Shown: one piece after another, positions 16,130-24,541 of the stretch
Numbering within the stretch: position 1 is the first letter of the stretch
How the letters are laid out: each line of letters opens with the position of its first letter
IMG/VR virus record: IMGVR_UViG_3300018080_002503
Location: 1 to 24,541 of that record
DNA: 24,541 bases
Source: a virus
Taxonomy: Duplodnaviria > Caudoviricetes
Strand: one strand, 5' to 3'
The notes under the pieces: generated by a model
Seen by the model: the letters and a program-made list of their open reading frames with translations, nothing else
Told to the model about the DNA's origin: nothing
Databases searched by the model: none
Program-made: the position numbers and the translations under genes

Positions 16130-16705
16130 ATGACAAAGGTAGAAATATTCAATTCCTGTTTCACCGAACTAGGGCTTAAGCGGGTGTCTTCGGACGATGA
16201 GAATGACAAGTGTCTTGCCCTTGACGCGATCTGGAATGTAACCAGGGACGAGGCACTGATCGAGCATGACTGGCAGTTCGCGACCAATATACAGGTATTA
16301 GTGCAGCCGTCCGGCGTTGATAATTACACCGGGTACGACTATGTATACCAGCTCCCGACGGACCCGCACTGCCTGAAAATACAGACGCTTATGGACGACG
16401 ACTATGACGAGCTGCCGAGCGAAGAATACAAGGTCATGCAACGGTATATCTACACGGACCTAGAGGATGCTTACTTAAAATACACGTTCAGGAACGATGA
16501 GTTGAACGACTGGTCACCGACATTCTGTGTGTACTTTGCTTATCTGCTCGCGGCAAAGGCGGCCATGAAACTGGTGCAATCCGACCAGGTTGAAAAAGAT
16601 ATGTACGCCCTTGCGGAGTTGTACAAGCGTAAGGCCATGTACGCGGAAGAGGATGAACGGTTTGTCGATTCCGAAGGCGATTCGTTGTGGGTAGATAACA
16701 GATGA
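16130..16705 (+). CDS. Tail tubular protein A / head-tail adaptor (T7 gp11-like)
   Basis: MTKVEIFNSCFTELG, HDWQFAT, YVYQLPTD..CLKI and F..YFAYLLAAKAA. Size (191 aa) and position fit. Confidence 0.8.
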   Translation: MTKVEIFNSCFTELGLKRVSSDDENDKCLALDAIWNVTRDEALIEHDWQFATNIQVLVQPSGVDNYTGYDYVYQLPTDPHCLKIQTLMDDDYDELPSEEYKVMQRYIYTDLEDAYLKYTFRNDELNDWSPTFCVYFAYLLAAKAAMKLVQSDQVEKDMYALAELYKRKAMYAEEDERFVDSEGDSLWVDNR

Positions 16706-18891
16706 GAATACAGCATCCGAAGCAAAACAACTTTCGATACGGTGAACTCTCACCGACCTACGCGGGACGTACTGACAGCTCTGTCTATTACCAGGGTGTA
16801 GAGACCTATAAGAATTTTGTGACCCGGTTGTCCGGCGGTGCCACGTTCCGTCCCGGGACAATTTTGTGCGCGTGGACGAATGACCAGAGTAATCCAACAC
16901 GCTTGATACCGTTTGTAAAGGACGCGGACAATAAGTTTATTCTTGAGTTCGGGGATGAAGAAGTCAGTATATACAAGGACCACGCCCATGTTACCGACCT
17001 GACCGCGACCTGGGGAGTGGCAGACGTGTTCGATATCAAGTACGTACAGATCGAGAACAAGCTGTATTGCGCTCATAAAGATTATCCAACACAGCTATTG
17101 ACCTGTGCGGGAACGAGCGTCACCTGGACCATATCGGCGGTGGTATGGACGAGTAATACGGCCCTGGCAAGCGGGGCATTTGTTCATTCTTCCGCATTTA
17201 ATGTGACAGACAACTATCCCACGTGTCTTGCGTATCATTGCAGCAGGATGTATGTCGGCGGAAATACCACCTATCCGCAGGACATCTGGGGGAGCAAACT
17301 CGGAGAAGTGAGCAATTTTACCTATGACGCATCCGACGGAGGGGCGTTTAATTATATTTTAGCTTCCCGGGACTGCAGGCAGGTGCAGTGGTTAGAGAGC
17401 CACCCCAGCGGTCTGATGGTAGGGACCCTCTTAGGCGAAGGGCTTTTGATGGATAATGTAGACGGATATATCACGCCGGCGAACCCGATGAAGTTCCGGT
17501 GGGTGACCGAGTTCGGATCCTCAAAGATTCAGGGTGTCCCGTTTGACGGGCGCATTCTGTTTGTCCAAGAGGGGAACAGAATCCTACGGGAATACTATCC
17601 TACCCAGGACGCATACAACTCCCCGACCATGACCTACCTTGCCGAGCATATACTTAAGGATGTAGTTGATATTGCCGTACAGCGGGAACCGTGGCCTATG
17701 ATCTGGGTAGTAAAGGACGACGGGACAATTGCGCTTTTATCGAGGTCCAGAGAAACAGAAGTAATGGCCTGGTCCGACATCGTGACCAATGGAGAATTTG
17801 AAAGCGTTGCCGTGATCCCCGGGGACGAAGAGGACGAAGTATGGGTGACGGTGAAGCGGACGGTAGGGACAAACGACAAACGGAGCTTAGAATATTTTAA
17901 ACCATTTATATGTGATTCCCAGCCCGAATGTCACCATGTAGATTGCGGTGCGTATATTGACGGCGGGAGTGACACGATATCTACATTGACCGTTAACACA
18001 CCAAAAACGATTACAGATATAACGCGTGCAAACCCGGCGGTTGTGACCGCATCCGGGCATGGATTCAGCAACGGAGACACGGTATACATCGATGATGTCG
18101 GCGGCATGGCCGAGGTAAACGAGAGACATTTCACTGTGGCAGGAGCCGCGACCGATACCTTTCAGCTAAATGGCGAAGATTCAACCCTTCATACTACCTA
18201 CACATCCGGCGGTGAGGTGGTCGAAACCCCGAACATTTATATCGAGACCACCACGGCCCTTGCGACCTTAGGGTGGGGCCTTGGCAGCTATGTACGTATA
18301 ACAGGGGTCGGAGGGACAACGGAGCTTAATTCCCGTGTGTTTCCCATGACAGACTTAGGGACCACAACGTTTTTAATCGATACATCAGATGTTATCCACT
18401 ACACGACCTGGACCTCAGGAGGGACGCTTGAACGGGTGTATTCCTCTGTATCAGGTGACGTGGCGCATCTGGCAGGAGAGGTTGTCGCGATAACCGTTGA
18501 TGGCGCGCACCACGCATCCGGCACCGCAGTATGTACGGCAATGTCACTTGATGGTTATTACTGCAAAATCCACGCGGGGTTACAGTATGACGGGGTGATT
18601 GAGAGTATGAACTTAAATCCGCTATTAGGAAACTCCAGACTGAATAAGGCGCAGATACGGTTTTATCAGTCTTTAGGCGGCAAGATCGGCGCCTCGGAAA
18701 GTACGGCGGAGGATATCATTTTCACAACCGGTTCGGACGTGGCCTCGACAGCAGAGTGGTACACCGGGGACTACACCCACGAGATAAACGACCAGATCGA
18801 GACCGATACCAGACTGGTCATAAAGCAGGACCAATCCCTCCCCATGACGGTCCTCGCGTACGCGGTGCGTGAAGGGGTACACGGAGGTTAG
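16702..18891 (+). CDS. Tail tubular protein B / nozzle (T7 gp12-like) with inserted FCCH-like beta domains
   Basis: NFRYGELSP, GGATFRPGT, RLIPF, YPTCLAYHCSRMYVGG, AWS and C-terminal QDQSLPMTVLA. 729 aa, ATGA-coupled to the adaptor gene. Confidence 0.85.
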   Translation: MRIQHPKQNNFRYGELSPTYAGRTDSSVYYQGVETYKNFVTRLSGGATFRPGTILCAWTNDQSNPTRLIPFVKDADNKFILEFGDEEVSIYKDHAHVTDLTATWGVADVFDIKYVQIENKLYCAHKDYPTQLLTCAGTSVTWTISAVVWTSNTALASGAFVHSSAFNVTDNYPTCLAYHCSRMYVGGNTTYPQDIWGSKLGEVSNFTYDASDGGAFNYILASRDCRQVQWLESHPSGLMVGTLLGEGLLMDNVDGYITPANPMKFRWVTEFGSSKIQGVPFDGRILFVQEGNRILREYYPTQDAYNSPTMTYLAEHILKDVVDIAVQREPWPMIWVVKDDGTIALLSRSRETEVMAWSDIVTNGEFESVAVIPGDEEDEVWVTVKRTVGTNDKRSLEYFKPFICDSQPECHHVDCGAYIDGGSDTISTLTVNTPKTITDITRANPAVVTASGHGFSNGDTVYIDDVGGMAEVNERHFTVAGAATDTFQLNGEDSTLHTTYTSGGEVVETPNIYIETTTALATLGWGLGSYVRITGVGGTTELNSRVFPMTDLGTTTFLIDTSDVIHYTTWTSGGTLERVYSSVSGDVAHLAGEVVAITVDGAHHASGTAVCTAMSLDGYYCKIHAGLQYDGVIESMNLNPLLGNSRLNKAQIRFYQSLGGKIGASESTAEDIIFTTGSDVASTAEWYTGDYTHEINDQIETDTRLVIKQDQSLPMTVLAYAVREGVHGG

Positions 18892-18893
18892 GC

Positions 18894-19538
18894 ATGATAG
18901 GAGTTTTATCACTTTTAACCAGCATAGTTTTGACCGGGATCGGATTTGCCATTCAGAAGTCGAAACAGAAGGAACAAGACCTTCAGACCGCGCGCACATA
19001 TGAACAGCAGGCAAAGGACCTGATTACTGACGCAGGAATCGCGCAAGATTACGCGGAAGGATACCGTGAACAGGCCGAGGGGTACCGAGAGCAGGCTGAA
19101 GATCTAGAAGATATTTTTCAATCCAGAGTAGAAAACATGATGGAGATAGGTCGCGCAAAGGAAGACGACATCCGAGAGCAGCTTTCTTCAATTATTGCTA
19201 AACAGCGGGTCGGGACGGCAGCATCGGGGTTCAAGACCAACTCTGCGACTACTACGGTATTAGCGCAGCGGTCTACTAAAGAGGCGCAAAAAGATATAGG
19301 CACGATGTGGGGGAACATCGAAGGCGAAAGAAAAACGATGTATAACCAGCTGACGGCAGAACAGAAAGGACTCTATAAACAGGCTGATTGGCTGGAAAAT
19401 GAAGCGGGCATCAAAGAAAAAGAAGCTGGTGACTTTCTGGAAAAATCCTCCTGGCTGATTGGCGAAGCGGACATCCTGCGTGATCAGTACAATATTGCAC
19501 CACCAGATCCAAGCAAAATCCCGGGGAGACCCGATTAG
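18894..19538 (+). CDS. Putative internal virion (ejection) protein, gp14-like
   Basis: Hydrophobic N-terminus, helical Q/E/A-rich body and QRVGTAASG motif. Position after the tail tubular genes. Confidence 0.6.
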   Translation: MIGVLSLLTSIVLTGIGFAIQKSKQKEQDLQTARTYEQQAKDLITDAGIAQDYAEGYREQAEGYREQAEDLEDIFQSRVENMMEIGRAKEDDIREQLSSIIAKQRVGTAASGFKTNSATTTVLAQRSTKEAQKDIGTMWGNIEGERKTMYNQLTAEQKGLYKQADWLENEAGIKEKEAGDFLEKSSWLIGEADILRDQYNIAPPDPSKIPGRPD

Positions 19539-19546
19539 GAGCTGTT

Positions 19547-21775
19547 ATGCCAAAATTACCACAATACAGATCAAGTCTATTACCCAGCATGAACAAGAAT
19601 CTCCCGGCAGTTGATCCGGTTGCTCCTATAAAAAACCAATACCGGGACCAGTTCGACCCGCTTTATGCCACACAGCAGATGGAATCACAGCGGCAGATCA
19701 ACCGCCTCGACATGGCGAATCAGATATTCAACTTTGTAGGAGATATCGCGCAGCAGGGCATCGGCATGCTTGAAAAGCATATGTATAACCGTGCGGTGGT
19801 CAAGGCGAACGAAGCGGCTACCGGAGCAGAAATTGCTTTCCGTGACTTTCTGCGGGAACGGCAGCGGGACCCGGAATATGAAAAATATAGTGATTTGTAT
19901 AATGAGTTTAAGCAGGAGTTGAAAAAGAAATATTCTGAAGAATTAAATGGTCCCGCAACGCAGATGTTTGAACAGCAGTGGCAAAAGCTGGACCTGAAAT
20001 ATTCCGATGCTGTCGGCGCACTTGCTTTCGAGAAAGAAGGGGCGCACATGGGGGCATCCCTGCAGTGGCAGCTTAATGAGGCGATGAAAGCCGAAGACCT
20101 GGACAAGGTAGAAGAAATTCTCTATGGCACGAAACCAGGGACCAGACAGCGCGTGACCTCACAGGATGACGCGCAGCGGCTTAAACAGATACAAGAATAC
20201 GACATTGTCGGGGCTATGGGGGAAGACTTTGAAGTCGTAGCGGCGACCCCCCGGGGCTGGCGGCTTGAGGACAAGGACGGGCATGAGTTTTTCATCTCCG
20301 TAGATCTTGCCAGGAAGCGCGGATATATTGACGATAATACTCATGCAAAAATGGCTCCTACAGGGAGCAGGCGGTTGCCTGGAGGAGAAGAAGCTTTCCC
20401 GGGGGCAGTAGATCAGGGATGGTTCACTGAAACCGAAGCCATGCAGATCATGGACGAGGCGCAGTACCAGGTATACCGGCAGAAAACATACCGGACCATC
20501 AAGGCCAGCGCTGAGGAAGAAGGATACGACGACACCATTAGTGCGTTACTTGCTACCGATGAGGATGGCACGTATGAATTCGCACCGGACCTCAGGCCCG
20601 ACGACCGAGACGATATTATCAAAGAACTGAAATACCTGCACGGAAGAAAACTGGATGAGCGAGAACGCATTGCGGATGAACAGTGGGGAAAGGGGCTTGA
20701 TTTATTCAGGACCTATGAGCTGACCTATAAAGGCATAGACAATTTACGGGAAAATGGACTGGATGCTGAACGGGCCGTTCGCCTACAAAACATGCTCACT
20801 GCTCGTATAGAAGGTTCAAAGAAGCAGCAGCAGCTTGACCGGGCAGACATGCGGGATCAGGAAGTAGAGCGATATGTTGCGAAAATCCATGAAATGATCC
20901 ATGACGGCATACATCCCAGCGTTGTAGAACGTGCCATTGAATACGGAGAGGGTGAGGGCTTTTTCTCAGATGGCACCGCGCGGGCACTATACAACAAGAA
21001 TATGAACCGGGACGAGAACCCGGTAATATCATATGCACTCAAGCAGTTTGATTCTCTAGGAAGAGATGATCTTGCTCTTGGAATCTATAAGAAACGGTTT
21101 TTAGAAGGCGCGGATCAGATTATATACGATCAGGAAGGAAAGCCGAAAAAAGGAGCAGCGGTAGACAAAGAATTACGCGAATATGCGGACAGTATGTTGT
21201 TACCGTTTCAGCGAGAAAAAATAGAGTGGATGGTCGGCATGAAATCCAAGGAGATTGCAGAGGACCCGACCGGCGACTCGGCTGATTACCACAGTATTGA
21301 AGAATTAAACGAAGTTATATCGAACGGTAATTATATTTTATGGGATCAGGAACAGCGGGATAGATTTGAGCCGGTCCGCGAAATACTCGCAGAGTATCAG
21401 GTATGGGATTACAACGAAACCAGACGAGACGATGATCGCCCTCGATTGCGGAGAGATGAACCCGTTTTATATCATGACGATGTTCGGCCCATTCTTATCG
21501 ATCGAGAAGATAACCAATGGATTGCGGAGACCGTACAGGGTGAAATGACCTGGATACCCTATGAAATAGAACGGCTGGACCAGACGGGGCGAAAATATCT
21601 CCATCCAGATTTAGGAAATCTCTATTACCTGGATAATGACTGGTTCACCGAGGTAGAGCTTGCCAGCGAAGGAAGAATCCGAAAGAGAAATATTGTTGTG
21701 TATCCAGGAACACATGAAAAAAAGCTCCGTAATGAAGTGTTAGATCGTGAAGGAAATTGGAGGCCGGTGCGCTAA
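19547..21775 (+). CDS. Putative internal virion protein, gp15-like (742 aa)
   Basis: MPKLPQY N-terminus, charged helical composition, AGGAG RBS and synteny. Confidence 0.6.
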   Translation: MPKLPQYRSSLLPSMNKNLPAVDPVAPIKNQYRDQFDPLYATQQMESQRQINRLDMANQIFNFVGDIAQQGIGMLEKHMYNRAVVKANEAATGAEIAFRDFLRERQRDPEYEKYSDLYNEFKQELKKKYSEELNGPATQMFEQQWQKLDLKYSDAVGALAFEKEGAHMGASLQWQLNEAMKAEDLDKVEEILYGTKPGTRQRVTSQDDAQRLKQIQEYDIVGAMGEDFEVVAATPRGWRLEDKDGHEFFISVDLARKRGYIDDNTHAKMAPTGSRRLPGGEEAFPGAVDQGWFTETEAMQIMDEAQYQVYRQKTYRTIKASAEEEGYDDTISALLATDEDGTYEFAPDLRPDDRDDIIKELKYLHGRKLDERERIADEQWGKGLDLFRTYELTYKGIDNLRENGLDAERAVRLQNMLTARIEGSKKQQQLDRADMRDQEVERYVAKIHEMIHDGIHPSVVERAIEYGEGEGFFSDGTARALYNKNMNRDENPVISYALKQFDSLGRDDLALGIYKKRFLEGADQIIYDQEGKPKKGAAVDKELREYADSMLLPFQREKIEWMVGMKSKEIAEDPTGDSADYHSIEELNEVISNGNYILWDQEQRDRFEPVREILAEYQVWDYNETRRDDDRPRLRRDEPVLYHDDVRPILIDREDNQWIAETVQGEMTWIPYEIERLDQTGRKYLHPDLGNLYYLDNDWFTEVELASEGRIRKRNIVVYPGTHEKKLRNEVLDREGNWRPVR

Positions 21776-24541
21776 TGTCTGACGTACATGTATACACCAG
21801 AGAAGAAGCTCTCGCCGGGGAGATAGAACAGTATCTCCCAGAGCCAAGCGAGGACTATACCCGCCAAAGACAGTTCCGCCTTATGCCCGAGATCGAGCCG
21901 TTTGTTTTTAACAACGTACCGAAGCCGGGGACAAGGGAGTACGACCTCTGGAAGCAGACCGAGGACATGCCGGACCCGAAAGAGGAGCGGGCGCGTATAG
22001 ACGTTGCCATGGCGTTTTCCAACGCTGCCGATATTGACTTCGATACCGCGTATAAGAATGTAGAAGCACTCATGCAGGTTATGGCGAACGGCGGTAAAGG
22101 CGCGGGCAGAGAATACGCAAAGATGAAGGCCACCGAAGCACGGGAGTATCTCGGGAGTATGCACGAGATCGGCCGGCTGGTGACCGAGCGTGGACGTTTA
22201 GGCTTTGATATGGTACAGAACGGGGTAAGCGAAGAGAAGCTCGAACAGGTCCGGGAGTTGGACCGGGAAATGCAAAAGCTTTATGAGAGCGAAACAGAAA
22301 ACCCCTTTCTCTGGGCAGTTGGACAGGCCGCAACCATGTGGCCGACAATGTTCCAGGGGATTAAGAAAGGCGCGCAGAAGGGCGCTGGACTTGCCGCTTC
22401 TTTTGCAGGCGCAGCACTGGCGGCAGGACAGATCCCTCCTTTGACCCTTGCTCCGGAAGAAATAGCAACGGTCCCGGGGGCCGCTATTGCAGGGTTTTCC
22501 GTCGGTATGGCCTGGGGGACCGCTGAGGAGACCTTACATGTTGAAGGCGGGAACTTTTTCATGGACATGGTGAACGAGGGAGTTGACCCGAATATAGCAC
22601 AGTGGGCCGCGTTAGGCGGCGGGTTTCTGTCAGCCCTTATCGAGACCATCCAGGTAAATCAGATCCTCTCAAATCTGCCCGGCCTGGAATCGATTGTAAG
22701 GTCTAATATCGGAAAAGCTGTAAAAACAGCAGCTAATAAAGTAACCAAATCGACTGCAGGGCGTATAGCCCTTACCTACGGCATGAACGTTGCCACAGAA
22801 ACCGGCGAAGAGGTGCTGCAGGAAGTAGTCAGCATAGGAGCTGAGGACCTGGTAAAACGAGTAAACAACCAGGTACACGGGACGGAATTTGAGGGGGCCT
22901 GGCAGGACGCAATACCGCGTATCATGGAAACCGCTAAATCTTCTGTTGCCGGGCTTGCCGTGATCGGACTTCCCGGCCTGGTCGGAAACGCTATGACGGT
23001 AAACGTGCGAGAGCTTAGAGACTCCCGCCCGAGGGAACAGGTAGAAAAACTATACGACGAAGTAGCACAGGACCTTACCCCTGAGGATAAAAAGGAAGTA
23101 AACGCTCGCTTAGGAATGGACGTATACGAAGAGATACGTGTCCTTGAGACGGAGAAGGCGCGGCTTGAAGAAGAATATGCTGACCAGCCAACGGTATTGA
23201 CAGCGGAGCTTATCAAGAAACAGCGAGAGATTGATTTCTTACGGGACCAAAAGTTTAAGGTAGAAGTAGAGAAGAACCCGAAACCGTGGATGATGACCCG
23301 TCCCGAATGGGAAGCAAAGATTGACGAACGGGTACAAGCCAGGGGAGAGCTGATATTCTCAGACGAGTTTAAACAGCGGATAGCGGATAATATGCCGCAG
23401 CTGGCAGAAGAAGAGGTAGAAGGAGCTGCACTGCTTATCCAACTACGGGCCGACGCCCTGGGAGTAACCAGAGACCAATATCTCGCAAACACCTTTCAAC
23501 CGCAGATATTCGCCGAACAGGACCGTTCCAGGGGAGTATTGAAGCAGGAGAGCAGGGGAGCTATTGAGTTTACCGAAGACGCGAAGGCACTGTTCCACGC
23601 GACCAAGGCAAGTGACTTTTCTACTTTCGTGCATGAAATGGCCCACGTATGGCGGAAGGAACTTATGGCTGAAGACCTTGAGGCTGCCGAGAAATGGGCC
23701 GGAGTAGAAGAGGGAAACTGGACCCGAGAGGCAGAAGAGAAGTTCGCAAAACACTTCGAGAAATATTTACAGGAAGGATACGCCCCGAATGCAGAACTTC
23801 GGAGTGTCTTCCAGAAGTTTGCCGAGTGGATACGGAAAGTATTTGCCTACATCGGGGAACGGTGGGACCTCTCCCCGGAGATACGGGGCGTGTATGATCG
23901 GCTGTTTCTGCCCGGGCAGCAAGCAGCACAAATGCAGGGTGAGGGGGTGCTGAATCAAGAATCTCCTGAATTCAAGCGATGGTTCGGCGACAGTAAAGTA
24001 GTAGACGAGAACGGGGATCCGTTGGTTGTGTATCATGGGACGGACAAATTCTTTGACGAGTTTGATAATTGGATACCTAATTTTTTTACAGAAACGAAAG
24101 AGTATGCCCAAGGTTACGGCGACAAACAGATGGAGGTATATCTTAGTATTAAAACTCCCTTCGACACCAAAAAAGATAAACGCGCAAGGAAGTTATACAA
24201 CAATGATTTTATCCCTTGGGCCAAAGGAACATATAGAGATAATAACAGATATGTCCCATTAAAAGAAGGAGAGGGAGTCCCCTTCACAACAGCAGATACG
24301 TTGTTTGTTTTTTTAAGGAAGAAAATACGAGAAAATTCTACATTCTCGTATGACGGCATTGTTATCGATGAACATTTCAATGGCGTTACGGCATGGGTTC
24401 CGATGAAAAACACCCAAATAAAATCAGTCTACAACAAAGGCACCTTCGACGCAGAGAATCCGAATATACTCTACCAGGTCGCAGCATGGCACGGTTCCCC
24501 GCATCAGTTTGACCGATTCACCGTTGAGAATATCGGTACCG
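21775..24541 (+). CDS. Large polyvalent/internal virion protein (partial, >920 aa) with zincin HExxH and ADP-ribosyltransferase-like domains
   Basis: Absent from the ORF track because it has no stop in the window. ATG at 21775 overlaps the upstream TAA and the frame stays open to the end. Contains a Gly/Ala-rich hydrophobic region, STFVHEMAH (HEMAH at 23632-23646), FKRWFGDSKVVDENGDPLVVYHGT...YDGIV...QIKSVYNKGTFD, and a following AWHGSPHQFDRF. Confidence 0.85.
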   Translation, partial: MSDVHVYTREEALAGEIEQYLPEPSEDYTRQRQFRLMPEIEPFVFNNVPKPGTREYDLWKQTEDMPDPKEERARIDVAMAFSNAADIDFDTAYKNVEALMQVMANGGKGAGREYAKMKATEAREYLGSMHEIGRLVTERGRLGFDMVQNGVSEEKLEQVRELDREMQKLYESETENPFLWAVGQAATMWPTMFQGIKKGAQKGAGLAASFAGAALAAGQIPPLTLAPEEIATVPGAAIAGFSVGMAWGTAEETLHVEGGNFFMDMVNEGVDPNIAQWAALGGGFLSALIETIQVNQILSNLPGLESIVRSNIGKAVKTAANKVTKSTAGRIALTYGMNVATETGEEVLQEVVSIGAEDLVKRVNNQVHGTEFEGAWQDAIPRIMETAKSSVAGLAVIGLPGLVGNAMTVNVRELRDSRPREQVEKLYDEVAQDLTPEDKKEVNARLGMDVYEEIRVLETEKARLEEEYADQPTVLTAELIKKQREIDFLRDQKFKVEVEKNPKPWMMTRPEWEAKIDERVQARGELIFSDEFKQRIADNMPQLAEEEVEGAALLIQLRADALGVTRDQYLANTFQPQIFAEQDRSRGVLKQESRGAIEFTEDAKALFHATKASDFSTFVHEMAHVWRKELMAEDLEAAEKWAGVEEGNWTREAEEKFAKHFEKYLQEGYAPNAELRSVFQKFAEWIRKVFAYIGERWDLSPEIRGVYDRLFLPGQQAAQMQGEGVLNQESPEFKRWFGDSKVVDENGDPLVVYHGTDKFFDEFDNWIPNFFTETKEYAQGYGDKQMEVYLSIKTPFDTKKDKRARKLYNNDFIPWAKGTYRDNNRYVPLKEGEGVPFTTADTLFVFLRKKIRENSTFSYDGIVIDEHFNGVTAWVPMKNTQIKSVYNKGTFDAENPNILYQVAAWHGSPHQFDRFTVENIGT

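Noticed and set aside
22776-23492. 238-aa minus-strand ORF and other antisense ORFs in 21772-24413
   Set aside because: These are shadows of the long plus-strand polyvalent gene, with Ser/Phe-rich composition typical of antisense frames.

Overview
This window is a segment of a tailed dsDNA phage or prophage with a podovirus-type (T7/BPP-1-like) virion module. The order is TerS, TerL, portal, scaffold, major capsid, cement protein, tail tubular A/B, two internal virion proteins, and a very large polyvalent protein (HExxH zincin plus ADP-ribosyltransferase-like domains) that runs off the right end. The striking feature is a nonulosonic acid (sialic/legionaminic acid-type) glycosylation system interleaved with the packaging genes and translationally coupled to them. 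A CMP-sugar synthetase, an N-acetyl-sugar amidotransferase, two radical SAM enzymes and a GT2 lie upstream of terS. NeuD-, NeuB-, NeuC- and CBS-nucleotidyltransferase genes lie between terS and terL. A Maf/DUF115-type transferase lies between terL and portal. A three-gene antisense cassette with its own sigma70-like promoter and terminator interrupts the sugar genes. All protein calls come from motif recognition by eye, not from database searches. No tRNA, rRNA, CRISPR array or IS element was seen.
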